From Gemmatimonadales bacterium (lineage in GTDB: Bacteria > Gemmatimonadota > Gemmatimonadetes > Gemmatimonadales > GWC2-71-9), in contig OZ252291.1 of NCBI GenBank assembly GCA_965250155.1, positions 2,738,593 to 2,802,592 on the forward strand: DNA of 64,000 nucleotides, given 5' to 3'. Within the stretch, counting starts at the first letter, position 1; every line of letters begins with the position of its first letter. The notes beneath the pieces were generated by a model, which made no database searches, had not been told where the DNA came from, and saw only the letters and a program-made list of their open reading frames with translations. Of the stretch, positions 26,812 through 37,547 are shown in pieces. The translations under genes and the position numbers were made by a program.

Positions 26812-29105
26812 TTGAACTCCGCGATCGTAACACCCCAGCCACCTTGATGCGGCGGCGAGGTATGGAACGAGGCGACTCGCCCGTCACGCGCAAGAACCGC
26901 CGTTACGCGCTCACGCAACACTCCGGTCCCCTTGCCGTGAATGATGCGGACCGACCCGAGATCCGCCACGATCGCCTCATCGAGCGCACGCTTCACGGCC
27001 TCCTCTGCGGTCATGCCGCGAAGATCGATTTCCGTGCTGGCGGCTCGCTCGGAAACCTGCAGGGATGAAGGCGTGCGACGTTTCACATGAGGCCTCACGG
27101 TCGGTCCTTCTTGCTGCGAAAACGTCTTGCTTCCCGGGCCCCGGACCCTCCACCCCTTCTTGCGCGCTTCCTCTTCGAGTTTCTTCAGCGCGGACCGCTC
27201 ATTCCGAGCGCCGTCTTCTAGCAACCGGCGAGCCTCCTTGGCCGTCGCCTCGGTCACCGCCGCGCGCGCCAAGCCCAGTGCGTCCTCCACACGCTTCCTC
27301 GCCTCGAGGAGAAAACGCCGTGCTTCTTCTCGACCGTGAAGCTCCCTCTCCCGGGCTTGGCGGTCGATCTCCGCGGCCTGGCGCGCCAGGTCCGAGTGCA
27401 GTTGATCCAGACCGTCCCGCTCGGCCTGCAAACGAGCCTCCGCCTCAGCAATCTCTCTCTCCTTCGCCCGCAACAGTTTGTCACGCTTCTCGACGTCTGC
27501 GAGGAGCGATTCCAAGGAACGTTCAGTGTCAGGCTGCAGTTCTCGCGCAAGGGTCATGACGTGGGGCGGGAAGCCGAGCCGTTGCGCAATCGCCAGCCCG
27601 TACGACCGCCCTGGTATACCCTTCACAACCCGGTAGGTCGGCTCCAGATGTTCGGCATCAAATTGCAGCGATGCGTTGACCGCCCCTTCGGTTTCAGATG
27701 CCAGGCGCTTGAGTTGATGGAGATGGGTGGTCGCAAGCGTGACGCAGCCTCTGTCACACAGCGTCTGTAGCACGGCCCCGGCCAACGCAGCTCCTTCGGA
27801 TGGATCCGTGCCGGTGCCGAACTCGTCGAGCAAAACAAGGGAGTTGTCGTCGGCTGATTCAAGCACCGTTTTCAACGCCGCAACATGGGCGCTGAAGGTA
27901 CTGAGGTTTTCTGAGATCGACTGATGGTCGCCTATGTCCGCAAAGATCATCCCGAAAACAGGAAGCGTCGTGCCCTCCCCAACTGGTGGAATTACGCCCG
28001 ACTGCGCCAACGCGTTGATCAAACCAACCGCCTTTAGCAACACCGTCTTGCCGCCGGTGTTCGGGCCACTCACCACTATTACCCGCTCCTTCTCGTTCGT
28101 CTCGAGATCGAACGGTACGACCACGTCCAATTCGGCAAGCAGCAGCGGATGCCGGCCGTTACGTATCACCATTGGCGACGGCGCCTCGACCACGGCCGGC
28201 AGACGCCCTTCTACGTCCAGAGCGTACCGTGCGCGGGCGTACAGGTCGTCGACGCGCACGCACATGTTCCATCCTTCGGCAATTCGATCGGCTCGGGGCC
28301 GCGCGAACTCGGTCAAATCCCGTAGGACCTGGAGAACGACCCGGCGCTCCGTGGCCTCACACGCGCTCAGTTCGTTTCCCAGCGCAACGGCATCCTGGGG
28401 CTCGATGAACAAAGTGGCGCCGGAACCCGACTCTCCGTGGACGATCCCCTTCACCCTGGAGCGCGCCTCCCGCCTGACGGGAATCACGTATCTCCCGCCG
28501 CGCATCGTCACTCCGGCATCGACGCCCGAGATGGCGGAGGAGAACCGCTCGATCAGGCCTTGGAGCAGCTCGACCAGACGGTCGCGCGTGGCCCTGAGAT
28601 TGCGGCGGGCCCGTTTGAGATCGTCGGAGGCGTTGTCTCTCACGCTACCGTCAACCTCGATCACCGCTGTCAGACGGCGTGCCAACGCCGGCGGCGGCGG
28701 ATCGACGGCCAGAGCGTAGACACGAGGGCTGTGCTTCTGCAGCCGGCGGAGATCGGTTGCCATCGTCCGAATAGCCTCCGCTGCCTGTCCCAACTCGGAG
28801 AGCTGAGCGCCCTCCAACACACTCCCGGGTACCCGAAGTCGCTCCAGGATAGGCCGCACATCGAGCACGGCTTGGGGCGAGAAGCCGTCGCCTCGGTCTA
28901 TCAGATCGGCCACGGCGGCAAGCTCTTCCCGGACTTCATCCACGGAGGTCGCCGGTAACCGCTGACAAACCCGTTCGGCGCCGGCTTTCGACAGCGCGAG
29001 TCGCGACACCAGCTCCAGGGCCTGGGCGAACTCGAGCTGGCTCGCGGTGGCCGTATCCATCGCCGGCGCAGAAGAGGAAGGGGTGCCGGTGACCTCGGTC
29101 ATCAA
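26805..29105 (-). CDS. mutS2: Endonuclease MutS2 (MutS domain V ATPase plus C-terminal Smr)
   Basis: 766 aa. Walker A GPNTGGKT, DEFGTGTDP, and a C-terminal Smr domain (IDLRGMTAEEA...IIHGKGTGVLR). Confidence 0.94.
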   Translation of the reverse strand: MMTEVTGTPSSSAPAMDTATASQLEFAQALELVSRLALSKAGAERVCQRLPATSVDEVREELAAVADLIDRGDGFSPQAVLDVRPILERLRVPGSVLEGAQLSELGQAAEAIRTMATDLRRLQKHSPRVYALAVDPPPPALARRLTAVIEVDGSVRDNASDDLKRARRNLRATRDRLVELLQGLIERFSSAISGVDAGVTMRGGRYVIPVRREARSRVKGIVHGESGSGATLFIEPQDAVALGNELSACEATERRVVLQVLRDLTEFARPRADRIAEGWNMCVRVDDLYARARYALDVEGRLPAVVEAPSPMVIRNGRHPLLLAELDVVVPFDLETNEKERVIVVSGPNTGGKTVLLKAVGLINALAQSGVIPPVGEGTTLPVFGMIFADIGDHQSISENLSTFSAHVAALKTVLESADDNSLVLLDEFGTGTDPSEGAALAGAVLQTLCDRGCVTLATTHLHQLKRLASETEGAVNASLQFDAEHLEPTYRVVKGIPGRSYGLAIAQRLGFPPHVMTLARELQPDTERSLESLLADVEKRDKLLRAKEREIAEAEARLQAERDGLDQLHSDLARQAAEIDRQARERELHGREEARRFLLEARKRVEDALGLARAAVTEATAKEARRLLEDGARNERSALKKLEEEARKKGWRVRGPGSKTFSQQEGPTVRPHVKRRTPSSLQVSERAASTEIDLRGMTAEEAVKRALDEAIVADLGSVRIIHGKGTGVLRERVTAVLARDGRVASFHTSPPHQGGWGVTIAEFKW

Positions 29106-29345
29106 AAAGAGAGCTTCATATGGCGCGAACGGCGCACCTGATTGGGTGCGTTTCTACTCTGGAACTTGTCGCTTGCCAGTCGAGGCGTACGCCGCAACCT
29201 CGGGTTGACGGCATCCGAAAAACAACGGAGAGCCTACTACATGTGGAGTAATCGACAGAACTCACTCGAAACGCTTCCAGCCTGGCTGCTCGTGAGTGTT
29301 TAAGTTAGACAAGCCCTCAATCTCACTCAAGAGCCAAAACGCGGT

Positions 29346-30494
29346 TCACCCTCCGAACGCCTCCTTCATCCTGCTCCAGAAGCGCCGTCCGAGACTCTCG
29401 TCTGCTGGAGGCTCACCCTCCGACTCCCGCAGCTTGCGGAACAGATCCTCTTGTTCGGGTGCGAGGTTGGTCGGAGTCCACACCTGAAGCCGAACGTGCA
29501 GATCGCCACGCCCCCCCCGTGACAGGCTCGGCAACCCTTTGCCACTCAGCATCAACACGGAACCGGTTTGCGATCCCGCTGGCACCTCGACCCTTTCGTC
29601 GCCCAGCGGTGTGGGCACGATAAACTCGTGGGAAAGTGCTGCCTGCGCGAACGACACGGGGAGGTCGTAGACCAGATCGTCCCCATGGCGCTCGAATCTC
29701 GGGTCGTCTTCAAACTCCAGCCCGACGATCAAATCGCCGGCGGGTGCGCCTCGGATCCCGGCACCACCCTGCCCTCGCAATGTCAGATAGTTGCTCTCCC
29801 CCACGCCGGCCGGGACGTCGATCTCGACGATTTTATCGGCGCGGCTTCGGCCCTCACCTGCGCATTCGCGGCAAGGGCGATCGATCACCTGACCTCCGCC
29901 GTCACAGTGAGGGCAGGTAGTAACGGAAACAAAATTGCCGAAAAAGGACTGCGTTGCCTGGCGGATATCTCCCGCGCCCCCGCAGGTGGCGCAAGTAACC
30001 ATCGACCCTCCGGCCGCCGCGCCCGTTCCATCGCAGGCGCCGCACTTCTGAAGCGTGCGGAGCTTGACCTTCCGCTTGGCTCCCTTGGCGACATCCTCCA
30101 GGGTCAGCCGCAGCGAAATCCGGATGTCTTGGCCAGTGAGATGGTCTCGACGTCCCCGGCGACGCCCGCCGAAAATCGACTCGAACCCGGCGCCACCGAA
30201 GTCGCGCATGAAAATGTTGAGCGCTTCCGAGAGATCGAATGGATGGAATCCTCCGAAACCACCCGCTCCACCTTTCAGCCCTGCGTGTCCAAACCGGTCG
30301 TACCGGTCTCGCTGCTGCGAATCCCGCAGCACCTCGTAGGCCTCGGTCGCCTCTTTGAATCTCTCTTCCGCCCCTTTCGAGCCGTCGTTCCGGTCGGGGT
30401 GATACTCCATCGCCTTGCAGCGATACGCCCTCTTGACGTCAGCCTCTGACGCATCACGGGCGACACCTAGAACTTCGTAGTAATCGCGTGGCAT
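29346..30494 (-). CDS. dnaJ: Molecular chaperone DnaJ
   Basis: J domain (DYYEVLGV...YHPDRN), G/F-rich linker and four CxxCxGxG zinc motifs. Start at MPRDYY. The 24-codon upstream extension is unlikely. Confidence 0.95.
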   Translation of the reverse strand: MPRDYYEVLGVARDASEADVKRAYRCKAMEYHPDRNDGSKGAEERFKEATEAYEVLRDSQQRDRYDRFGHAGLKGGAGGFGGFHPFDLSEALNIFMRDFGGAGFESIFGGRRRGRRDHLTGQDIRISLRLTLEDVAKGAKRKVKLRTLQKCGACDGTGAAAGGSMVTCATCGGAGDIRQATQSFFGNFVSVTTCPHCDGGGQVIDRPCRECAGEGRSRADKIVEIDVPAGVGESNYLTLRGQGGAGIRGAPAGDLIVGLEFEDDPRFERHGDDLVYDLPVSFAQAALSHEFIVPTPLGDERVEVPAGSQTGSVLMLSGKGLPSLSRGGRGDLHVRLQVWTPTNLAPEQEDLFRKLRESEGEPPADESLGRRFWSRMKEAFGG

Positions 30495-30522
30495 TCTCAG
30501 GAATGACAGCCTATGCGCTGCT

Positions 30523-31560
30523 TCACCTGCGCAGATCGCCGATGAGACGGCTGGTGTGCTCCACAATCGAGACGATCTTTTCGTAGGGCATGCGGGTCGG
30601 TCCCATCACCCCGATGACACCGGTTAGGCCGTCGCGTTGGTATGTCGATGTGACCAGCGTGAGCGAGCTGAGTCTCGGATCGAGGTGCTCGGTACCGATG
30701 GTGACCGTGAGCCCGTCACTGTGTCTCGCCCGGAGGGCATGCATCAACACGTCCCGCCGTTCCGTGAGCTCGAGCAGGCTTCGCATCCTCTCGTTGGACT
30801 TGAACTCAGGCTGATCTGCCAGCATCTGCGCGCTACCCAGTACGATCGCGTGCTCGTCACCACCGGAGCCATCGAAAAAGTGATCGGCTTCCTCCACGAA
30901 AATGTTAAGCAGCTCCTGCTCGCTTCGACCGCTTCTGATATCCCGTAAACGCTCGTAAACCGTGTTGCGGATCTCCTTGAGACTCGAACCGCTCAACCGT
31001 TCGTTCAGCACCGACGCGACCTTGTCGATCGCCTCTCCAGGGAGGGCGCTCGCGACCTCGATGAAAATCGTTCGGGCCACCGCGTTTTGCAGCACCAGCA
31101 CCATGAGGATCCGTTCGCTGGACACTGGAACCAACTCGAGGCGCTCGAGCACCGCGTCCTCGAACGACGGTGACAAGGCAATTCCCAATTCTTGGGTCAA
31201 CACCCCGAGAACTTTCGCCGTCTTGTCCAACAACGACTCGATTTCGGTCGCTCCGTCCGCGAGTTCTCTGGTGAGCGTCTCTTGCTGGCGCCGGGTGATG
31301 AGCGAAGGAGCCATGAGCCGATCCACGTACACGCGATACGCTAGATCGGTGGGTATCCTGCCCGCAGAGGTGTGGGGATGATAGAGATAACCCTTTTCCT
31401 CGAGATCGCTCATGGTGTTTCGGACGGTCGCCGCCGACACGCCAAGCGCGAAATTCTTGGCAATCGTACGAGATCCCGCAGGTTCCGCGGTGCTTACGTA
31501 CGAATGAATGACAGCCTCGAGAACCAGTTGTTCCCGATCCGAAAGAGTGGGTTCCGGCAC
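30523..31560 (-). CDS. hrcA: Heat-inducible transcription repressor HrcA
   Basis: 345 aa. N-terminal winged helix ([29 protein letters not shown]) and HrcA C-terminal domain. Confidence 0.93.
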   Translation of the reverse strand: MPEPTLSDREQLVLEAVIHSYVSTAEPAGSRTIAKNFALGVSAATVRNTMSDLEEKGYLYHPHTSAGRIPTDLAYRVYVDRLMAPSLITRRQQETLTRELADGATEIESLLDKTAKVLGVLTQELGIALSPSFEDAVLERLELVPVSSERILMVLVLQNAVARTIFIEVASALPGEAIDKVASVLNERLSGSSLKEIRNTVYERLRDIRSGRSEQELLNIFVEEADHFFDGSGGDEHAIVLGSAQMLADQPEFKSNERMRSLLELTERRDVLMHALRARHSDGLTVTIGTEHLDPRLSSLTLVTSTYQRDGLTGVIGVMGPTRMPYEKIVSIVEHTSRLIGDLRR

Positions 31561-31587
31561 GATTCCAAGTGTTTTATTTACAGCAAT

Positions 31588-32721
31588 TTACCCACTTTCA
31601 GCAGAGGTGGTCAAGGACGCAACGATGGCATCCAGCCTGAGCCATCCCTCGGGGGTCGGGCGAATCTTCCCCCCCTCAACGGTGAGCCACCCCCGATCGA
31701 CGGCCGCCCTGAGCTGCGGGGGAAGATCGCCCCCCTCCGGTACGGGAACACCTTCGGTGGTTCGCAAGCCGAGGTACCAATGCTCGAGACTGAGTTGACC
31801 TTCCGAGAGTTCCTCTTCACCGGCCTTGGGGTCGGAGCCATTGGCTACAGCGCGGTGGTACTCGGCCCATTGCCGCACGTTCCAGCGTCTGATTCCGTCT
31901 CCGAAGCTGTGGGCCGAGGGGCCCAGCCCCCAATACCGGCGGCCGGTCCAGTATGCCTGATTGTGCCGGCTCCGTCGCTCCGGCCTGGCGTAGTTGGAAA
32001 CCTCATAGTGCTCGAACCCACCCTGCAGCAGCATTTCGTGCAGTTGTAGAAACTCGTCGGCATAAGCGCCGTCAGTGGCATGCCGTACCGCGCCCCGGCT
32101 CGTCCATTTTGCGAGGGGCGTACCGGACTCCACTGTGAGCCCATACGCCGACACGTGATCCACGTCGTGCTCCAGCAGCCGCCTCAGATCGCCAGCGGGA
32201 TCCGCTCCCAGCGTCTCGGGAAGCCCGAAGATCACGTCCACGGAGAGCGAGGGCAAACCGGCGGCCGTGAGGAAGCGGATGGCCCTTAGCGAGTCTTCCC
32301 CGGTGTGGACCCGATGCATCCATTGGAGCACGGCGGGATTCAAGGATTGGACGCCAAGCGAGACGCGGTTCACGCCGGCCGCGAGCCACTGCTCCGCATC
32401 CTTGGACATGACGTCATCGGGGTTCACCTCCATCGTCACCTCGACGCCCCCGCCCCCGCCCCGTTCAGCAAAACCGATCTCCCCGCGAAAGAATCGGATG
32501 AGTGCGGCGACGTGGCTGCTGGAGAGTAGCGACGGGGTGCCGCCGCCAAAGTAGAGGGTTTCAACACCCTGGGCTTGGCTCAAAGCCAGATGTCGCAAGG
32601 CGAATTCCCGCTTTATGGCTTCGACGAATTCGTCTCCCGGCACTTGCTTGCGCACGGCGATGGCGAAATCACAGTACGAGCAGCGCCGTTTGCAGAAGGG
32701 GACGTGGACATACAGGTGCAT
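31588..32721 (-). CDS. hemW: Radical SAM heme chaperone HemW (HemN-like, oxygen-independent coproporphyrinogen oxidase family)
   Basis: LYVHVPFCKRRCSYCDF CxxxCxxC cluster motif and HemN_C domain. Start taken at MHLYVHVPFC (32721). Confidence 0.9.
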   Translation of the reverse strand: MHLYVHVPFCKRRCSYCDFAIAVRKQVPGDEFVEAIKREFALRHLALSQAQGVETLYFGGGTPSLLSSSHVAALIRFFRGEIGFAERGGGGGVEVTMEVNPDDVMSKDAEQWLAAGVNRVSLGVQSLNPAVLQWMHRVHTGEDSLRAIRFLTAAGLPSLSVDVIFGLPETLGADPAGDLRRLLEHDVDHVSAYGLTVESGTPLAKWTSRGAVRHATDGAYADEFLQLHEMLLQGGFEHYEVSNYARPERRSRHNQAYWTGRRYWGLGPSAHSFGDGIRRWNVRQWAEYHRAVANGSDPKAGEEELSEGQLSLEHWYLGLRTTEGVPVPEGGDLPPQLRAAVDRGWLTVEGGKIRPTPEGWLRLDAIVASLTTSAESG

Positions 32722-32761
32722 GGAGGAAAGTATGAAGTAAGTGGGAAACGGGAAGCTGACG

Positions 32762-33883
32762 CTACCACCCACTCCTCCCTCCTCCCTCCTCACTCATCCC
32801 TTCAAAGGGCTTCGTGACCCGAAACACCTTCCCCGGCCCCTGCGCTACCAGGCCACGAATCTCCAGGGAGGTCAGTACTGCGAGCGACTCAGCCGGGGCA
32901 CATCTCAGGCGAGCGGTGACGTCGTCTACCAGTTCCGCGCCATCACCCAGTGCTTCGAGCGCCCGCCGTTCCGCATCCGAGAGGTCGGCGGGGAGTGATA
33001 CCTCGGGAACCTCGGAAATGCCGTACTCCTCCAACACGTCACGCAGTTCCAGCACCGGCTTTGCGCCCATCTGTATGAGACGGTTCGTGCCTCTGGATAC
33101 CGGGCTCGTGATCGGTCCGGGAACGGCCATGACCTCACGTCCCTGCGACAGCGCGCAATCTGCCGTAATCAACGCGCCCGACCCGTCTCGGGCCTCGAGC
33201 ACGACCGTGGCCCGAGCCAATCCGCTGATCAGTCGATTCCTGCGGGGAAAACTGCCGACGTGGGGACGCTCGCCTGGAGGGTACTCGGTCAAGAGACACC
33301 CTCCGGTAACGACGCGTTCGTACAGGGCGCGATTGGCCGCTGGATAGATCACCCCCAGGCCGTTACCGAGCACCCCCACGGTTCCGCCCCCGCCCCCGGC
33401 ATCCAACGCAGCTCGATGAGCCGCAGCGTCGAGACCCCGCGCCATGCCGCTGACCACCGTGATACCAGCGGCGGCCAGACCGGCCGACAACTGGGAGGCG
33501 ACCTCCGCTCCATAGCGGCTATGGTCACAACTCCCGACGACGGCGACACATGGAGCTTGCAACAGGTCCAACCTTCCCTTGGCAAACAGCAGAGTCGGCG
33601 CGTCCGGGATCTGTCGCAGCTCGCCGGGAAACCCAGCATCCGCCGGTGTCAGGACCACCCCGCCCTGCCCCACTACCTTGTCGATGATTTCGGTACCCGC
33701 CGCGGCCGTGGTCCCGTGAATGGCCGTGGCGGCCGCCCGGGAAATGCGTACCACTGAGTTGAGTTGCCTGAGGGGTGCAGCCAACACCGTATCGGCCGAG
33801 CCGAACGCCTGCATGAGGATCTCGAGCCGCACCCTGCCCACGCCGGGCACCAGCGCTAGCGCGACGTAGGCCGCATCGCTCAT
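32762..33883 (-). CDS. dprA: DNA-processing protein DprA (Smf)
   Basis: 373 aa. Rossmann-like DprA core (VVGSCDHSRYG, GMARGLDAAAHRAAL, SGALITA). The last 11 codons are encoded by a purine-rich repeat. Confidence 0.9.
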   Translation of the reverse strand: MSDAAYVALALVPGVGRVRLEILMQAFGSADTVLAAPLRQLNSVVRISRAAATAIHGTTAAAGTEIIDKVVGQGGVVLTPADAGFPGELRQIPDAPTLLFAKGRLDLLQAPCVAVVGSCDHSRYGAEVASQLSAGLAAAGITVVSGMARGLDAAAHRAALDAGGGGGTVGVLGNGLGVIYPAANRALYERVVTGGCLLTEYPPGERPHVGSFPRRNRLISGLARATVVLEARDGSGALITADCALSQGREVMAVPGPITSPVSRGTNRLIQMGAKPVLELRDVLEEYGISEVPEVSLPADLSDAERRALEALGDGAELVDDVTARLRCAPAESLAVLTSLEIRGLVAQGPGKVFRVTKPFEGMSEEGGGRSGW

Positions 33884-33889
33884 GTGGCC

Positions 33890-34909
33890 CTACGGCAGTG
33901 GAAGCGTCTCTTTGGTAGGGGACTCGGACGCTCCCGCCACCAGACGCCAGAAACATTCTTTCATTTCCATCAGTCCCTTTTTCGCGACCGAGGAGATCGA
34001 GACGACATCCACTGCCTGGGGAACGTCGAGAGACGGCAGCGCTTTTTCATCCGGCAGCAGGTCCGTCTTCGTCACAACCACCACGTGCTGCTTCTTCCCG
34101 AGCTCCGGGCTGTAGGCGTGTGCCTCAGCGCGGAGCAGGTCATACGTTGCCTGTGGATCGTGGCTGTCGACGGGGATCAGATAGGCCAGCACGCGTGTGC
34201 GCTCGACATGTTGCAGGAAGCGATCGCCGAGTCCTTTCCCCTGGTGTGCGCCCTCGATGATTCCCGGAATGTCGGCCACCACCAGCGTCCGGGAATCTGA
34301 CAGCGAGGTGACTCCCAACTGGGGTTCCAGTGTGGTAAAAGGATAGTCGGCGATTTTCGGGTGTGCCTCAGAGATTACTGAAAGCAGCGTGCTCTTTCCG
34401 GCGTTTGGCTCGCCGAGCAGACCGACGTCGGCGATGAGCTTGAGGACGAGCTCGATGCGTCGTCTTTCTCCTCGTTCGCCGGGTTGCGACTCTCGCGGCG
34501 ACTGGTGAGTGGCCGTTGCGAACGATGCGTTTCCCCGCCCGCCCCGTCCGCCCTTTACGACCAGCAACTCGTCCCCCACCGCTACCACCTCTCCCAGAGT
34601 TTCCTGCGTCTCGTCGTCTATTATCACGGTTCCGGCTGGAATCGGCAGATAGAGGTCCTCGCCCGATTTCCCGGTCTTGTTCGAGCCCTGCCCGTGCATC
34701 CCACGGTCGGCTTTCCAATGAGCCCGATATTGGTAATCGAGCAGCGTCGAGAGATGCTTAGAAGCCTTGACGTACACGCTGCCACCGTGTCCGCCATCGC
34801 CTCCGTCCGGCCCGCCCTTGGGTACGAACTTCTCCCGTCGAAACGACACCGCGCCGGCCCCACCAGAGCCGGCTACGACTGCGATCACTGCGCGGTCTAT
34901 GAACGTCAC
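33890..34909 (-). CDS. obg: GTPase Obg/CgtA
   Basis: N-terminal Obg fold (FIDRAVIAVVAGSGGAGAVSFRREKF, glycine-rich) plus G domain (GEPNAGKST, DIPGII, TKTD). Confidence 0.96.
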   Translation of the reverse strand: MTFIDRAVIAVVAGSGGAGAVSFRREKFVPKGGPDGGDGGHGGSVYVKASKHLSTLLDYQYRAHWKADRGMHGQGSNKTGKSGEDLYLPIPAGTVIIDDETQETLGEVVAVGDELLVVKGGRGGRGNASFATATHQSPRESQPGERGERRRIELVLKLIADVGLLGEPNAGKSTLLSVISEAHPKIADYPFTTLEPQLGVTSLSDSRTLVVADIPGIIEGAHQGKGLGDRFLQHVERTRVLAYLIPVDSHDPQATYDLLRAEAHAYSPELGKKQHVVVVTKTDLLPDEKALPSLDVPQAVDVVSISSVAKKGLMEMKECFWRLVAGASESPTKETLPLP

Positions 34910-34970
34910 GAATCTCCTCGGACACTGCTACAGAGGAGGGAATTTAGGGGCCAGGCGATGCACCGGGGTA

Positions 34971-35978
34971 TCAATCTATCGCGAATGTTGGCGAACGAGT
35001 GAGGGAGTAGTGGCCAACTACCTGTCGGTTGGTATTGAGGATGACGGGTTTGGCGAAGCGGGAAAGCAGGGTCGAACGCCGGTAGTCCAGTCCCAGGCTA
35101 TCCAGGACCGCGAGAAGAGCCACTGCTGCGGCTTTCGAGTCGCCGTCGAGCACCTTGATCGCGACCCCCAATCCCCGATCGAGCAACGCCACGCTATACA
35201 CACCACCGGCTCCAACCTTGGCCAGGACCTGTCCCCGATAGGCTTTCATGAGGGCCGTGCACAGCCGCCGCTTTCCGGCCACCAGCTCTGGATAGGTCAT
35301 CATGGCCGACACGATGGACTGCATCGGTCCGTCTGCGTTGGCCAGTCGCGCATAACCCGTTGCCATGGCGCGCAGGGGAACCGCCCAGGATACCACCCCG
35401 CACCCGTCCAGGGCCCCACGCACGTCATCGCTAGGAACATCGAACCAACTCGATATCACCGACCGGCATCTTTCCTGCACGGGATGCCCATCGACGGCGT
35501 AACCCGCTTCGTCCCAGCCATGAAATTTCGCGAGGGACAACATTCCCGCGTGCTTGCCCGAGCAATTGCTCGCAACGCGGGACGGCTGCGCCAACTCCAC
35601 GTCCTCCCACGTTCCGTCATGTCGCCGGAAACCCAAGTCCTTGGCGAGCGGCCTGTGGGAGCCGCACACCAGCTGTTCTTCTCGTAGGCCGCAACGCTGC
35701 ATCCACCGACTGACCGTCGCAACTTGGTATTCCTCCGAGTTGTGGGAGGCACAAGCAAGGGCCAGTTCTCGTGCGCTGATGTCGAACGCCTCCATCACCC
35801 CGTCTTCGACCAATGGGAGTGCCTGGAACGGCTTTGCCGCAGATCGCACGTGAACAATCAGATCGGGGTCGCCACTAACCGCCTGAAGTACCCCGTCACA
35901 GTCCTGTATGGCGACCGCCACTTCATGTCTCGTTTCGATGAGTTTGCCTCGAAACGAGCAGACCGTCAGTGTATTCAT
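34971..35978 (-). CDS. Asparaginase II family protein (Rhizobium AnsA type)
   Basis: 335 aa. Close pattern match to pfam Asparaginase_II as I recall it (RSAAKPFQALP, CASHNSE, NCSGKHAGML, DGCG, YPELVAG). Confidence 0.85.
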   Translation of the reverse strand: MNTLTVCSFRGKLIETRHEVAVAIQDCDGVLQAVSGDPDLIVHVRSAAKPFQALPLVEDGVMEAFDISARELALACASHNSEEYQVATVSRWMQRCGLREEQLVCGSHRPLAKDLGFRRHDGTWEDVELAQPSRVASNCSGKHAGMLSLAKFHGWDEAGYAVDGHPVQERCRSVISSWFDVPSDDVRGALDGCGVVSWAVPLRAMATGYARLANADGPMQSIVSAMMTYPELVAGKRRLCTALMKAYRGQVLAKVGAGGVYSVALLDRGLGVAIKVLDGDSKAAAVALLAVLDSLGLDYRRSTLLSRFAKPVILNTNRQVVGHYSLTRSPTFAID

Positions 35979-36112
35979 CTAATGATTCGGTTGCGAAATC
36001 CGGCTGGCAGCGAACATGTTCATTAAGGTATAGACGCAACGATGTCTTGTGCAGTCTTTCGGGGCACTGCAGTTTTGCTGTGACACGTCTTGGGCTGTAA
36101 CGCGCAAAGAAG

Positions 36113-37077
36113 ATGATCGTGACAAAACGGAGACTCTACCGTCCGATACGAAGCTCGATTCGCCGCGCCTTCAGGATTTGGCGGGCGTGGGGCAAGGCAC
36201 CGGGGTGGTACTATCAGGCTGTAGACAGGTGTGGAGCCCTTGCAAGAGAGAGCGACCCGCTGCCGGTGACGCTGATGAACGGGTGCCGCATGCTGTGTGA
36301 CCTGACGGATCAGGTAGAGCGGCTAATCTACTTCATCGGTGCTCACGAGCCGGAAGAGGCCTTTTTGCTCACTCGGTTGTTGAGGCCGGGAATGGTGATG
36401 GTTGACGGTGGGGCCAACGTGGGCCAGCACTCGCTGATCGCCGCCAAGGCTGTTTATCCGCGCGGGGTCGTCTACAGCTTCGAGCCCGTCCCGAACACGT
36501 TCGACAAGCTGCGCCGCAACGTCGGGATCAACAACCGGACAATGTGCAGACCGAACCTGCTGCGCTCTGGAAGGAGTGTGCGACCGTCAGTCTCGGCCTA
36601 GCCGCCGCGGCAGCCCGAAACGCGGGGGCATTCAGCATTGGAACGGTCGATGCGATCTCCCAGGTCGAAGTTAAGGCGACCACGTTGGACAGCTTTGTGG
36701 AAACACGAGGCGGGGACATCCCGTCGATCAACCTCGTCAAACTCGACGTGGAGGGAGCCGAACTGCCAGCGCTTCAGGGGATGCTGGCCACCATCGAACG
36801 CGATCGTCCCTCGTTACTCGTGGAAATTTGCCGGGAGACCACCGCACGGCTGGGCTACGACGTCCAGGCTATCTGGGATCTCTTGGTGGGCGGTTTCGGA
36901 TACGATGCGTGGGCGGTGGGAACATGGACGGAATCGACGGGCAGGCTTCACGATTTGCGAAACGTGGAGCAGCAAAACGTGCTTTTTTACGACCGCAGGG
37001 TGGTCACGATACCCGTGATGCCCTCCGATCTCAAAAGCCTGCTTCGCTGGGTGCGGGGAGAATGGTTGACTAACTGA
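36113..37077 (+). pseudogene. FkbM-family SAM methyltransferase #1, split by a -1-nt frameshift near 36536-36543
   Basis: The N-part (36113-36601) carries VDGGANVGQHSL...FEPVPNTFDKLRRNVGINN. The C-part, in another frame (36544-37077), continues (D)NVQTEPAALWKE...LVKLDVEGAELPAL. The join is atcaacaacCGGACAATGTG. Confidence 0.8.
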
Positions 37078-37243
37078 TTTTACCTCTCTAGCTTCGTTGC
37101 AGCCAAAAACCGACTCATGGAGACTCGGCACATTGGCGACTTGCCCGACGGGGAGGGGGGGCTCAGGTCCGCGAGGGAATTGAAAGTCGGCAGTACGGTA
37201 CATTCCGGGACTCCGACACAAACAGCGAATTAAGGGGTACGGA

Positions 37244-37456
37244 ATGCGTACGGTTGGCAAGGTGAAGTGGTTCAACAACGCCAAGGGCTTTGGCTTCATC
37301 ACTCCGGACGACGGGGAGCGCGACTGCTTCGTGCATCATTCGGCGATTCAGGGCGAGGGCTTTAAATCGCTGACTGAGGGTGAGCGGGTTGAGTTCGATC
37401 TCGTGGACGGGGAGAAGGGTCCGGCCGCCGAGAATGTAACCAAGCTCGAAGACTGA
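37244..37456 (+). CDS. cspA: Cold-shock protein (CspA family)
   Basis: 70 aa. [15 protein letters not shown] (RNP1) and CFVHHSAI (RNP2). Confidence 0.96.
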   Translation: MRTVGKVKWFNNAKGFGFITPDDGERDCFVHHSAIQGEGFKSLTEGERVEFDLVDGEKGPAAENVTKLED

Positions 37457-37547
37457 GCGGCGTGCACACGAGTACAATTGATGCCGTTCCGATCTACATC
37501 GGGGCGGCCCTCGCTTTCTGCCGAGCAACCGGACACATTTAGCGTCT

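Noticed and set aside
29106-29345. 240-nt dnaJ-mutS2 spacer as a candidate sRNA, riboswitch or CIRCE site
   Set aside because: Only weak stems are present (a 6-bp ACTCAC/GTGAGT stem with a 29-nt loop, and a 4-bp GCGC hairpin). There is no terminator, no CIRCE match and no recognisable motif. This cannot be supported without covariation or expression data.
37078-37243. cspA 5' UTR as a cold-box or thermosensor element
   Set aside because: A long UTR is expected for cspA, but I could not identify a convincing conserved cold-box sequence or alternative pairing by eye.
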